Shown here: positions 1-10,270 of the stretch, piece after piece
Layout: each line of letters starts with the position of its first letter
How positions within the stretch are numbered: the stretch's first letter is position 1
NCBI GenBank assembly: GCA_964607485.1
Contig: CAZSKP010000005.1
Coordinates: forward strand, 64,001 to 128,000
Length of the DNA: 64,000 nt
Reading direction: 5' to 3'
Origin: an uncultured bacterium
Lineage (GTDB): Bacteria > Abyssobacteria > SURF-5
Notes under the pieces: model-generated
Seen by the model: the letters and a program-made list of their open reading frames with translations, nothing else
The model's database searches: none
What the model was told of the DNA's origin: nothing
Translations under genes and position numbers: made by a program

Positions 1-1186
1 CTCCGACTTTTGCGATTTCCTCCATGTTCGGCTTGCTGATGCATTCGTAGTAAACGAACCTTTCGAGCCCCTCTTCGAGCGCGATGTCCATCAAAACCGA
101 GAACGGAGTAGTCTTCTCGGCCTCGGCGATTCTGCAAAGGTTTCCCGTGCGCGGCTTGCCGCGCTCTTTGCCGGAGCGACTGGGCACGGTCACCGCTCGA
201 TAGGCGTTTTTCTTGGGAAATGAGTACGACATGTGTTCCTCGAGCCGCTCCCGGAGACTGCCCTTCGAGCCGACCGTTGCGAGACGCGTTCCCCCGTTGG
301 ACACTACCCATGTGGGGAAGATCACCTTCAGGGGTGCGCACACGTAGGCGTAGGGGAAGAAGTCCGCGCTCACGTTCACTCCCGCCGCGCGCATTTTGTG
401 AATGAGTTTCAGCGCCTGCTCCTGTTTATGCCAGTTCATCCGGTCGAGCACTTTGAAGTGGGAGATTTCCAGCGGGACCTTGCTCTTGATTCCCACCAGA
501 ATAGCCTCTGAGAGAGCGTTAAGGATATCGCTCGACTCGCTTCGCAGATGGGCTGAAAACAATCCCCCCTTTCGCGCAACTACCCTGGTCAGCTCTACCA
601 GTTCATTTGACGTATCGATGGAAGCCGGGAAGAGATTCATTCCGCTCGACAGCCCGAATGCGCCTTCTTCCATCGCCTTGGCCACCGTGCGTTTCATTGT
701 CGCGAGCTGGCCGCGCGAGGCTGTCTCTTGGTCGGCGACGCCCGCCGACCGACGCACGCAGTTATGCCCCAGCATGCTTCCGTAGTTGAGCGCGGTGCCT
801 CGCGCCTGTATCCTATTCAGAAACTCATCGAACGAGCGCCAATCGAACTCGGTGTCCTTTCCGGCGATATAGAACTGATTCGAGCTCGACCAGGGAAACG
901 CCGAGCTGCCGCAGTTGCCGCCTATCTCCGTGGTGATTCCCTGCAGCAGCTTGTTCTTCATTATCGGGTCGAGCAGCAGAAATTGATCGGAGTGGGAATG
1001 CACGTCGATGAATCCGGGAGCGACGATCATGTCGGACGCGTCGATGACCCTTCGGGCGGTCATCTTTGCGTTCCTGTCGGCGACACAGCCGATTCTCCCG
1101 TCCCGGATACCGATCTTACCGGGCGCAAGCTGATTTGAGATGCCGTCTGCTATCCACCCATTCTCGATAAGCGTGTCGTAAGTCAT
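1..1186 (-). CDS. N-acyl-D-amino-acid deacylase / amidohydrolase family (runs off the window start)
   Basis: Manual translation from ATG at 1186: MTYDTLIENGWIADG...VIDASDMIVAPGFIDVHSHSD...LLQGITTEIGGNCGSS. The PGFIDxHxH and QGxTTxxxGNCG motifs are typical of D-aminoacylases. Absent from the ORF track because it is truncated. Confidence 0.88.
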   Translation of the reverse strand, partial: MTYDTLIENGWIADGISNQLAPGKIGIRDGRIGCVADRNAKMTARRVIDASDMIVAPGFIDVHSHSDQFLLLDPIMKNKLLQGITTEIGGNCGSSAFPWSSSNQFYIAGKDTEFDWRSFDEFLNRIQARGTALNYGSMLGHNCVRRSAGVADQETASRGQLATMKRTVAKAMEEGAFGLSSGMNLFPASIDTSNELVELTRVVARKGGLFSAHLRSESSDILNALSEAILVGIKSKVPLEISHFKVLDRMNWHKQEQALKLIHKMRAAGVNVSADFFPYAYVCAPLKVIFPTWVVSNGGTRLATVGSKGSLRERLEEHMSYSFPKKNAYRAVTVPSRSGKERGKPRTGNLCRIAEAEKTTPFSVLMDIALEEGLERFVYYECISKPNMEEIAKVG

Positions 1187-1254
1187 CCCTTCTCTCCCTC
1201 CCGTTGCCGCCGGACCCAAAGGACTTGCAAAGACCAGCCGGTTCGCGTGCCACC

Positions 1255-1324
1255 ATTATATTACAGAATAGCAATATGTTGTATGTAGGTAATTAATGGA
1301 TTCTCATGTAGGAAAAGGCTGACA
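1255..1324 (-). promoter_or_regulatory. Putative promoter (-10 TATAAT at 1255-1260) with upstream imperfect palindrome TGTAGG-N6-CTGACA (1307-1324)
   Basis: AT-rich intergenic region upstream of the aminoacylase. The 18-bp site resembles NarL/GacA-type boxes (TGTAAG-N6-CTTACA). Confidence 0.4.
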
Positions 1325-1389
1325 AACCGCAAATTTTATCGCTTGAAAAAGAATGTGGGAGGATAGACTGGGAGGGGACTGGTACCGGA

Positions 1390-2025
1390 TCATTCGAGCA
1401 GCCGTTTTTCCAGGGCATACCGAATCAGGTCGGCGGTCGTGCGAAAGTTGAGTTTGTTCAGCAGGCGGCTGCGGTACGTGCTGACCGTCTTTTCGCTTAT
1501 CCCCAAGGTCTTGGCCGTTTCCTTCAGGCTGTGGCCTGCTCCGAGATGCCTGAGAACCTGGAACTCTCTGCTGGAGAGCGATTCGAGCCGGTCGGTGTCT
1601 CTTCTTTTTCGGCGATACTGCACGGCCAGCTTTTCGGAAATCTGCGGGCATATATAGATCCTTCCTGCAAGGACAGCCTGAATGGCTGTGAGCAGGTCCG
1701 TCGATGCCGACTCCTTTCGGAGAAAGCCATGTGCGCCGGCTTCAAGCATTCGGACTGCATATTGATAGTTGTCATGCATGGTGAGCACGAGTATTTTCGC
1801 TTCCGGCACGAGCGTTCTGAGAGAGCGCGCGCAGTCGAACCCGTCCATATCAGGCATGGAGATGTCGAGTATGACGACGTCGGGATGAGTTTTCCGGGCC
1901 GCTTCGAGGGCCGTCAGGCCGTTCTCGGCTTCTCCGACGACCTTCATGGCGGTTTCGGCTTCGATGATCCGCCGCAGCCCGTCTCGAATGATTCCGTGGT
2001 CGTCGACCAGCAACACTTTGACCAT
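1390..2025 (-). CDS. NarL/LuxR-family two-component response regulator
   Basis: MVKVLLVDDH...VVILDISMPDMDG...LTMH receiver domain; C-terminal LSSREFQVL...LGISEKTVSTYRSRLLNKL LuxR HTH. Start trimmed to ATG 2025. Confidence 0.95.
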   Translation of the reverse strand: MVKVLLVDDHGIIRDGLRRIIEAETAMKVVGEAENGLTALEAARKTHPDVVILDISMPDMDGFDCARSLRTLVPEAKILVLTMHDNYQYAVRMLEAGAHGFLRKESASTDLLTAIQAVLAGRIYICPQISEKLAVQYRRKRRDTDRLESLSSREFQVLRHLGAGHSLKETAKTLGISEKTVSTYRSRLLNKLNFRTTADLIRYALEKRLLE

Positions 2026-2035
2026 GTTTGCTCCC

Positions 2036-5000
2036 TCAATGCGGTTGCACAGTCGGGACTTCGGCTTCAATCTTTGTGCCAAGGCCGATATTCGAGGATA
2101 CCGTCAGGCTTCCTCCGACCAAATTGGCTCGTTCCCTCATGCCGATGAGGCCGAGAGATTGGCCGGCGTCTATCTTCGAGCGCTCGAATCCGCACCCCGC
2201 ATCCTCGATCGTCATGACGAGCTTTCCGTCTTTTTGAAAAAGTCCGACTCTCACTCGGTTTGCCTTGGCGTGGCGGGCCACGTTGGTGAGGGCCTCTTGA
2301 AGGATGCGGTAGAGGGCCGTCTTGACCTCGGGCGGATAATCTTCGTCCTCTGCGCGACAATCCCAATCGCACTGAATTCTCGTCATTTGTTCAAATTGCT
2401 CGAGATACGATTCGATTGCCGGGATGAGGCCGAGGTCGTCGAGTATGCTCGGCCTGAGCGAGAACGATATACGGCGGATGGCGGCGAGCGTCGCGTCGAG
2501 CCTCTTGTGGAGCCCATTGGCGACGTCTTGCGCTTCCGGACGGCCTCTATCCATGAATGCCGCAAGGTTATCCACGTGCATTTTCGCCGACGTCACGAAC
2601 TGGCCGAGCTCGTCGTGGAGGTCTCTGGAAATGCGTCTTCTCTCCTCTTCTTGGGCTTCCATCAGTTTCTTTGAAAGCAGACGTGCCTCCGTCTTCGATT
2701 CCTCGAGTTCGCTCTCGAGCTTCTTCTTCCTCGTGAAGTCACGCGCTATTGAGAACATGCCGGTCACTTTTCCGGCTTTCACGATGGGAACCGTGCTAAT
2801 AGACAAGGTCGCTATCTCGCCGTTCTTGCGTCTCACTCTCGACTCGTGAGTTGTCGGAATACCCTTGATCATCTTCTCTCGCCGCTTCAGTCCTTCTTCG
2901 GCATCCTCACCTATGAGCAGGTTGATCGGGTCCAGGTCGCGCCACTCTTCGGGCGTGTAACCGAGAATCTCAAGGCCCCTACGGTTGACGAAGGTGAGTT
3001 TCCAGTCGAGGTCTTGCGTGAAGATGATATCGTTTGCGTTGTCGAGCAGGCTTTGGAGATAATCCTTGGTCTCGACAAGTTCCTCCTCGGCCCTCTTGCG
3101 GTCGGTGATGTCGCGCGCGACATTGATAATGGCTACGATTTGCCCGTCCTTCCATAACGGGGCTCCGCTCACCTCGGCAACTCTCTTTGTTCCATCTTTC
3201 CTGATGAACTCATACTCTGACGGGGGGATGCGTTCGCCTGCAAGGACCCGCGCCGAATTTGCAAAGGCCTGCTCAAGGTATTCAGGGGATAGCAGATTGA
3301 GTTCGTCAAATTTCCTGCCAACTATCTCCTCGGGGCGGTAGCCGATGGCGGCTTCGACCGACGGCGAAATGCTGGTGACGCGGAAGTCGCGATCAGTCGC
3401 ATACACCACGTCCCGTATGTTTTCGAAGTGCAGCCGGTACACTTCCTCGCTGCTGCGCAACGCCTCTTCCGCCTTCTTTCGCTGGGTGATGTCGCGGAAG
3501 ATCTCGAGCCTGGAGACGCTGCCGTTGGGGTTTCTCAGAGGAGTGTCGATCAGATCGTAGGTTTTTCCATTCTTGGAGCAATGCCATTCGCGATGGTCGG
3601 TCTTGCCGGCGAAAAACTCCCTGTTCTTGCACCAAGGGCAGACATCGTTCTGGTCGTCGAAATATTCGTAGCACTTGAGACCTTCCCAGGGTCCGAAGTC
3701 GTTGGAAAGAGCAGGATTGACATACTGGAGCTCGTAGTGTTCATCGGCGATGTACACGCCGTCTTCCATGGTCTCCAAAATGTTGATAAGGTTGTCTCTC
3801 TCCCGCCGCAGCGCCTCCTCGGCGCGCCTGCGCTCCGTGATATCGCGGACCGACGACACGAATCCGATGCTTTTCCCCTCGACGTCCGTTACGATTGATA
3901 CGCTCAGCTCAGCGGGAAAAGAACTGCCGTCTTTGCGACGTGTCAGCACTTCTCCCCTGAACTTCCCTCTTTCTTCGAGGGAGCGGATAATACGCGTGAA
4001 ATCTCCACTATTGGGAACTCCGAACGCGCTGATGGGCTTTGCCAAGAGTTCTCCCGACCGATAGCCGGTCATCTGTTCCATCACAGGATTCACAAACAGG
4101 ATATTCCCACCGTCATCGGCGAGTGCGATACCGTCATCGCAGCAGCAGATGGCCTCGAACAGGCGGGCCATTTCCTGCTGGTCTCTTCTCGCATCCGTCA
4201 TGTCACGCGCGATGAGGACCAGCCTCGTGGTGTTGTCGTCTTCGTCGAACACCGGATTGAGCGAATAGGACCAGCGCTGTTCTTGTCCTCTGACCTCGAT
4301 CACCTTTTCGAACTGGAGGCCTTCCCCGGTCTCGAAAACTTCTTCGTATTTTTCCTCAAGGAAATCCGCCAGCTTCGGTTGCGTCACATCGCTGACTTTC
4401 TTTCCTATGATCTGTTCCGGTTTCACGCGCAGTTGAGCCAACGCTTTCTGGTTTACTGAGACGAAGCGATGCTCCCGGTCTATTGTGCAGATGATGTCGG
4501 AGGCGCTTTCCACGGTGGCGCGGTAGAGCTGTTGCGATTCTCGCGCCGTCTTCTCAGCCAGCACGTGCTCGGTCACATCCACGACGAACGCGCTGGCCGC
4601 TATTACGTTTCCGGCGGAGTCCTTGACGGGCAGAAGAACGGCGTCGGCGTATCCGGGCTGCCGGTCTTGCCGATTGGGAACGTTGAACGGGATTCGACTC
4701 CGGCGTACCGATTTGCCTATGTCGAACACATGACGGTAATACTTGGATATCTCGGAGTCGGACCCGTACATTTCCATCACTGTCTTCCCGATGAACGCTT
4801 CCATGGGAAAGCCCGTCATCTCCGACAGGGCACGGTTTACCGCCAGGTAGCGATATTTGCGATTCACATACGTCATGCCAATGTGGCTTTCCTCGAAAAA
4901 GAACCGAACTCTCTCGTCGAATTCTTCCAGTTCGGATTCTAAACGTCTTTGCGACGTGATGTCGTGCCCGATCGCCAGAACCGTTTCGTCGTTGCAAGCT

Positions 5001-5371
5001 CCCTCAATGACGCTCGCCCTCACTTCGAGCAGCAGCTCAGAGCCGTCCTTCCTCCTGATGCTCACCTTCGTTGATATGACCGGACGGCGGGCGGACTTCG
5101 TCCAGCCGAGATCGTCGCAAACACGCTCGCGCTGGCCCGGAAGCATGTAATCGAAGACGCACGCTCCCAGGAGTTCCTCTTCCCTGTAGCCAGTGGATTC
5201 AGTCACGGCGTGGTTCACCATCAAAAGGCGGCCCTTGGCGTCCACGGCCGCAACGAGTTCGGGCGCCGTCCAGAACAGCTCCCTGGATGCCTCCGGCCCC
5301 AGCCGGGTACCTGAATAACCGTTCACTGCGTCTGCGGACAGCTTCTCATTGTGGTGCTTCATACTGAACAC
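2036..5371 (-). CDS. Cytoplasmic multi-PAS sensor histidine kinase (HisKA_3/NarX-like)
   Basis: About seven PAS/PAC repeats ending in DIT/DVT/DMT/DFT motifs; EERRRISRDLHDELGQ H-box; QEALTNVARHA N-box; DAGCGF and GLIGMRER. No TM segment evident. Confidence 0.95.
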   Translation of the reverse strand: MFSMKHHNEKLSADAVNGYSGTRLGPEASRELFWTAPELVAAVDAKGRLLMVNHAVTESTGYREEELLGACVFDYMLPGQRERVCDDLGWTKSARRPVISTKVSIRRKDGSELLLEVRASVIEGACNDETVLAIGHDITSQRRLESELEEFDERVRFFFEESHIGMTYVNRKYRYLAVNRALSEMTGFPMEAFIGKTVMEMYGSDSEISKYYRHVFDIGKSVRRSRIPFNVPNRQDRQPGYADAVLLPVKDSAGNVIAASAFVVDVTEHVLAEKTARESQQLYRATVESASDIICTIDREHRFVSVNQKALAQLRVKPEQIIGKKVSDVTQPKLADFLEEKYEEVFETGEGLQFEKVIEVRGQEQRWSYSLNPVFDEDDNTTRLVLIARDMTDARRDQQEMARLFEAICCCDDGIALADDGGNILFVNPVMEQMTGYRSGELLAKPISAFGVPNSGDFTRIIRSLEERGKFRGEVLTRRKDGSSFPAELSVSIVTDVEGKSIGFVSSVRDITERRRAEEALRRERDNLINILETMEDGVYIADEHYELQYVNPALSNDFGPWEGLKCYEYFDDQNDVCPWCKNREFFAGKTDHREWHCSKNGKTYDLIDTPLRNPNGSVSRLEIFRDITQRKKAEEALRSSEEVYRLHFENIRDVVYATDRDFRVTSISPSVEAAIGYRPEEIVGRKFDELNLLSPEYLEQAFANSARVLAGERIPPSEYEFIRKDGTKRVAEVSGAPLWKDGQIVAIINVARDITDRKRAEEELVETKDYLQSLLDNANDIIFTQDLDWKLTFVNRRGLEILGYTPEEWRDLDPINLLIGEDAEEGLKRREKMIKGIPTTHESRVRRKNGEIATLSISTVPIVKAGKVTGMFSIARDFTRKKKLESELEESKTEARLLSKKLMEAQEEERRRISRDLHDELGQFVTSAKMHVDNLAAFMDRGRPEAQDVANGLHKRLDATLAAIRRISFSLRPSILDDLGLIPAIESYLEQFEQMTRIQCDWDCRAEDEDYPPEVKTALYRILQEALTNVARHAKANRVRVGLFQKDGKLVMTIEDAGCGFERSKIDAGQSLGLIGMRERANLVGGSLTVSSNIGLGTKIEAEVPTVQPH

Positions 5372-5762
5372 TCCCTCTCACTCCGCGTTCACGGTTACTT
5401 CGAACCATAAAGGGCGTAGCGTTGGCTGGGAGTATTGCACAATTGGCAAGACGCCAGGGAGGAACAAAGAAAACAACTTCTCTGCAAATGTGCAATGAGT
5501 CCAGCGCGCCGTTAGGGAAAGCAGCTAAACGATGAATTCCCTCTTGACTCTTATAACACACCGTTGGTGGAAGCGCAAGCCCAGCGCAAATTATTCACTC
5601 ATAGAGTAATCGCTCCGAACTCACTCCTTGGCGATGCTCATTTGATTCCCGACGCTGAGAGACCGGTTGGACAGGGGGAGACGAACGGGCTGGCGTAGCG
5701 GCTCACGATGGGAGAAGAGGAGAGAGCTCACGTCAAGGGAACAGGGGCGCCCGGCTGGGATT

Positions 5763-8700
5763 TCAGCTCCGGGCTGTCTTCGTGTGGTATTCCTGGAGGC
5801 ATTTCACTTCGAGGCCGCCCGAGACGAGCGCCTCCAGCGCGCCTACGGTTGCCTCCGCGCCTGCGATGGTGGTTATGTAGGGAATGCGGTACTCCACGGC
5901 GGCCCTGCGGATGGCGACCTCATCGTACACAGACGCTTTGCCGAGCGGCGTGTTTATGATAAGCGCGATTTCGTTGTTCTTCACGCGGTCAACCACGTCG
6001 GGACGATTCTCGTTGACCTTGTAAACGGTCCCGACCTCGAGACCATTGGCCGAGAGGAACTCCGCGGTGCCCCGCGTGGCCATGAGCGCGAATCCCACCT
6101 TCTGAAGCCGCCCGGCTATCGGAAGTATTCTCTGCTTGTCCTTGTCGTTGACACTTATCAGGACGTTTCCTTTCACAGGAAGATAAGAATTGGCCGCCAG
6201 TTGAGACTTGGCGAAGGCGAGCCCGAACGTGCGGTCTATGCCCATCACCTCGCCGGTGGACTTCATCTCAGGCCCGAGGATGGTGTCCACTCCCGAAAAC
6301 TTGATGAACGGCAGGACCGCCTCCTTCACCGCGAAATGTTCGAGCGCGCGGTCGGCGCGAATGCCGAGTTCTTTGAGAGTCCGGCCGACCATCAGCCTCG
6401 CTGCCACCTTCGCCCACGGCACGCCCGTCGCCTTCGACACGAACGGCACGGTGCGGGACGCCCGGGGATTGACTTCGAGCACGTATATCTCGCCGTCCTT
6501 TATCGCGAACTGGATGTTTATCAGCCCGACAACGTTGAGGGCCAGAGCGAGCGCGCGGGTCTGTTCTTTGAGCGATTCCACCTCCCGTTCCTTCAGCGTG
6601 TGAGGCGGCAGAACGCACGCGCTGTCGCCCGAGTGGACGCCCGCAAGCTCGATGTGTTCCATGATGCCGGCCACTATCACTTCCTTGCCGTCGCACACGG
6701 CATCGACATCGATTTCGACGGCGTCCTCGAGGAATTTGTCCACGAGAATCGGATGGTCGGGAGACGCTTCTCTGGCAAGGGCCATGTAGCTCTTCAGGTG
6801 TTCGTCATCGTATGCTATGATCATCGCCCTGCCGCCCAGCACGTACGAGGGCCGCACCAGGACGGGGTAGCCGATGCGGCGCGCGATCTCGAGCGCCTCC
6901 TCGGCCGAAAAAGCGGTGTCGCTGGGGGCCTGTTTGAGTCCCAGTCGGTCGAGTATCTGCCTGAACAGCTTGCGATCCTCGGCGATGTCTATGCTCTCGG
7001 GCAGCGTCCCGATTATCGGCACTCCCGCCTTCTGCAGCGGCACGGCCAGCTTGAGAGGGGTCTGGCCGCCGAACTGGACGATCACGCCGTCGGGCTTTTC
7101 CTTGTCGACGATGTTGAGCACGTCCTCGAGCGTGAGCGGTTCGAAGTAGAGCTTGTCGGAGGTGTCGTAATCGGTGCTCACGGTTTCGGGATTGCTGTTG
7201 ACCATTATGGTCTCGCAGCCCTCTTCCTTCAGGGCGAACGCGGCGTGGACGCAGCAGTAGTCGAATTCTATCCCCTGTCCGATGCGATTCGGGCCGCCGC
7301 CGAGTATCATGATCTTTTTCCTGTCCGACGGTCTCACCTCGTCCTCGTCGGAATAGGTCGAGTAGTAATAGGGCGTGTAGGCCTCGAACTCGGCCGCGCA
7401 GGTGTCCACCAGTTTGAAGGTGGCCTCCACTCCAAGCTTCTTCCGCACCGTCCTCACGGTCATTTCGTCCGAACCCCAGAGGTACGCAAGCTGGCGGTCG
7501 GAGAATCCGTATTGCTTCGCCTCCTTGAGGAGCCCCTTGGCTTCGCCGTTTTCCGTCGGGTCGAGCTGGCCGCGCATCATACCCAGCAGGCGTCCGTTCG
7601 CGACACGCAGGCGCGCCTCCATCTCGACGATGTCCTTCATGTTGTTGATGAACCACGGGTCGATGCGAGTGAGCGAATGCATCTCCTCGACGTCGAGGCC
7701 CGCAAGGATCGCCTCGCGCAGGTAGAACACGCGCTCGCTGGTCGGCGTTCTCAGCTTCTCCCTGATTTTGTCCACGGTTTCGGGGTCGGCTCCGTCTGCG
7801 ATGAATCGGACGTTCTTCCCGTCGCAGCCGAGGCCGTACCTGTCGATTTCAAGCGAGCGCAACCCCTTCTGAAGCGCTTCCTTGAAGGTACGCCCGATGC
7901 TCATCGTCTCGCCCACGCTTTTCATCTGGACGGTCAGTCGAGGGTCGGAGCCGGGGAATTTCTCGAACGCCCAACGGGGAATCTTCACGACACAGTAGTC
8001 GATCGTCGGCTCGAAAGAGGCAGGCGTCTGCTTCGTGATGTCGTTGGGAATCTCGTCGAGCGAATATCCGACCGCCAGTTTCGCCGCAATCTTTGCGATG
8101 GGAAAGCCGGTCGCCTTCGAGGCGAGCGCGGAGCTGCGCGACACGCGGGGATTCATCTCGATTATGACCATTCTCCCGTTCGCGGGGTCCACAGCGAACT
8201 GGATGTTTGAGCCGCCGGTATCCACGCCGATTTCCCGGATGACGGCGATGGCGGCGTCGCGCATGATCTGGTATTCCTTATCCGAGAGAGTCTGTGCGGG
8301 GGCGACGGTGATGCTGTCGCCCGTGTGTATGCCCATGGGGTCGAAGTTTTCGATGGAGCAAATGATGACGACGTTGTCGGCGCAGTCGCGCATGACCTCC
8401 AGCTCGTATTCCTTCCATCCTATGACCGATTCCTCGACGAGCACCTCGCTGATGGGGCTTGCATCGAGACCCCACTTGACCATGCGCTCGAATTCCTCGA
8501 GGTTGTAGGCGACGCTTCCGCCCGTGCCGCCGAGCGTAAAAGAGGGGCGTATCACCGTGGGGAAGCCGATCTCGTCGATTCCTCGCATCGCTTCGTCGAG
8601 TGAATAGCAGTAGTAGCTTCGGGGCAGTTCGAGTCCGATCTTGTCCATGGCCGCCTTGAACAGCGAGCGGTCCTCGGCCTTCTTGATGGCGTCGAGCTTC

Positions 8701-9053
8701 GCGCCTATCAGTTCCACGTTGTGCTTTTCGAGAGCGCCTATCTTCGCCAGGTCGACGGCAAGGTTGAGGCCGGTCTGGCCGCCCAGCGTCGGCAACAGCG
8801 CTTCGGGCCTCTCGCGCTCGATTATCTTTTCCAAGACTTCCGGCACGAGCGGCTCGATGTAGGTGCGGTCGGCCATTTCGGGGTCGGTCATGATGGTGGC
8901 GGGATTGCTGTTCACCAGCACAATCTCGTAGCCCTCTTCCTTGAGGGCCTTGCAGGCCTGGGCGCCCGAATAGTCGAATTCGCAGGCTTGGCCGATTATG
9001 ATCGGACCGGAGCCCACTATCAGTATTTTGCGGAGGTCAGTGCGTTTTGGCAT
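5763..9053 (-). CDS. carB: Carbamoyl-phosphate synthase large subunit
   Basis: [30 protein letters not shown]; duplicated ATP-grasp domains ([36 protein letters not shown]); C-terminal MGS domain. Confidence 0.99.
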   Translation of the reverse strand: MPKRTDLRKILIVGSGPIIIGQACEFDYSGAQACKALKEEGYEIVLVNSNPATIMTDPEMADRTYIEPLVPEVLEKIIERERPEALLPTLGGQTGLNLAVDLAKIGALEKHNVELIGAKLDAIKKAEDRSLFKAAMDKIGLELPRSYYCYSLDEAMRGIDEIGFPTVIRPSFTLGGTGGSVAYNLEEFERMVKWGLDASPISEVLVEESVIGWKEYELEVMRDCADNVVIICSIENFDPMGIHTGDSITVAPAQTLSDKEYQIMRDAAIAVIREIGVDTGGSNIQFAVDPANGRMVIIEMNPRVSRSSALASKATGFPIAKIAAKLAVGYSLDEIPNDITKQTPASFEPTIDYCVVKIPRWAFEKFPGSDPRLTVQMKSVGETMSIGRTFKEALQKGLRSLEIDRYGLGCDGKNVRFIADGADPETVDKIREKLRTPTSERVFYLREAILAGLDVEEMHSLTRIDPWFINNMKDIVEMEARLRVANGRLLGMMRGQLDPTENGEAKGLLKEAKQYGFSDRQLAYLWGSDEMTVRTVRKKLGVEATFKLVDTCAAEFEAYTPYYYSTYSDEDEVRPSDRKKIMILGGGPNRIGQGIEFDYCCVHAAFALKEEGCETIMVNSNPETVSTDYDTSDKLYFEPLTLEDVLNIVDKEKPDGVIVQFGGQTPLKLAVPLQKAGVPIIGTLPESIDIAEDRKLFRQILDRLGLKQAPSDTAFSAEEALEIARRIGYPVLVRPSYVLGGRAMIIAYDDEHLKSYMALAREASPDHPILVDKFLEDAVEIDVDAVCDGKEVIVAGIMEHIELAGVHSGDSACVLPPHTLKEREVESLKEQTRALALALNVVGLINIQFAIKDGEIYVLEVNPRASRTVPFVSKATGVPWAKVAARLMVGRTLKELGIRADRALEHFAVKEAVLPFIKFSGVDTILGPEMKSTGEVMGIDRTFGLAFAKSQLAANSYLPVKGNVLISVNDKDKQRILPIAGRLQKVGFALMATRGTAEFLSANGLEVGTVYKVNENRPDVVDRVKNNEIALIINTPLGKASVYDEVAIRRAAVEYRIPYITTIAGAEATVGALEALVSGGLEVKCLQEYHTKTARS

Positions 9054-9107
9054 CGGAAATAGAGGATTCGACAGCTCCGGCTTGCGAGCCGGGCCGTCCT
9101 GGCGGGT

Positions 9108-9359
9108 TCACTCGCCAAAAGTGAAGCCGCAGTCCGCGACGAGCGACTCTTTCTGTGTGCGCGGGTATTTGCGGCACTGAGGGGGTCGGAACGAATAGAT
9201 AATGCATCCTTTTCCGTCATAGAACGGGCACCGAAAGACGAACTGACAGCACTGTCCACACCTCCGGCAGGATCCCTTTCGATTCTCATCCACGGGGAAA
9301 AAAGCGGTGAACGTTCTCTGAAGCTTGAGGCCGACTGTTTTTACACCTTCCGGGCTCAT
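9108..9359 (-). CDS. Small Cys-rich protein (YkgJ-like CxxCxxCC Zn/Fe-chelating domain)
   Basis: CRRCGQCC...CPF...CIIYSFRPPQCRKYP pattern. Confidence 0.75.
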   Translation of the reverse strand: MSPEGVKTVGLKLQRTFTAFFPVDENRKGSCRRCGQCCQFVFRCPFYDGKGCIIYSFRPPQCRKYPRTQKESLVADCGFTFGE

Positions 9360-9549
9360 TGCGGAAATTATCCCCTAATTTTGGCTTGAAAGTCCCCATA
9401 ATATAGCACAAGCTCTGTCACCGCGTCAAGGAGACCCCAGCCGTTGTTTGACCCCGCACGGTTATCTGTGATAGCTTGGGAGAGTGTCGGCCGAAAAAAG
9501 AGTGCCGGCCTTTCTGCGAGAACCATGATTCATTGAAAGGAAGCAACAG

Positions 9550-10224
9550 ATGGATGCGATGGAAGCGATCAGGAAAAGAAAGAGCATTCGCGCATACAAG
9601 CCGGAACCGGTGAGCAGGGAGGTAATCCTGGAGCTGCTCCGGGCGGCGGTTATGGCGCCCTCGGGCTCGAACTCTCAGCCGTGGAAATTCTATGTTGTTG
9701 GGGGACAGAGGAAGCAGCAGCTGGATGAATTGCTGCTCCGGTGTCTGCACGAAGGCCGCCCGACGAGCAACGAGCTTCACGTTCAGCGAGAGGGGGGCGA
9801 CGAGAAGACGCAAGAGCGGGTCAGCTCGCGCAGAACCGAATTGACACGGGCCATCATGGACATCCTCACGAAGAACGACCTGCCGATAGAGATGTTTGCA
9901 AAGGGGAGCTTCAGGTATTTCGGCGCGCCGGTAGCGATTTTCGTCGCGATGGACCAGTCCCTGGGCGAAAACTACCTTGTGGCCGTGGGCGCGGCGGTCG
10001 AAAACCTCATGCTTGTCGCCTGCGAGAAAGGGCTGGGCTCCTGCTGGATAGGGATGTCCCTCATGTACTCGAAGGAAATCAAGAAAGAGTTGGGCATTCC
10101 CGACACCGAGCGAATCGTCACGAGCCTGGCGCTCGGCTACCCCGACGACGAGGCCTCGATAAATACTTTCAAATCGACCAGAGATGCCCTCGATTCGTTC
10201 GTTGAATGGGTTGGGTGGGAATAG
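9550..10224 (+). CDS. Nitroreductase family protein
   Basis: AIRKRKSIRAY...APSGSNSQPWKF...ENLMLVACEKGLGSCWIG...LALGYP. Confidence 0.93.
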   Translation: MDAMEAIRKRKSIRAYKPEPVSREVILELLRAAVMAPSGSNSQPWKFYVVGGQRKQQLDELLLRCLHEGRPTSNELHVQREGGDEKTQERVSSRRTELTRAIMDILTKNDLPIEMFAKGSFRYFGAPVAIFVAMDQSLGENYLVAVGAAVENLMLVACEKGLGSCWIGMSLMYSKEIKKELGIPDTERIVTSLALGYPDDEASINTFKSTRDALDSFVEWVGWE

Positions 10225-10270
10225 AATCTGCCCGGACGCGACCGACCTGATGCACGCAGCCGCCGGTAAA

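Noticed and set aside
5667-8210. 847-aa plus-strand ORF
   Set aside because: Antisense shadow of carB caused by GC-rich codon bias; no recognisable motifs. The same applies to the long antisense ORFs over CocE (35839-37560), the porin, RACo and rny.
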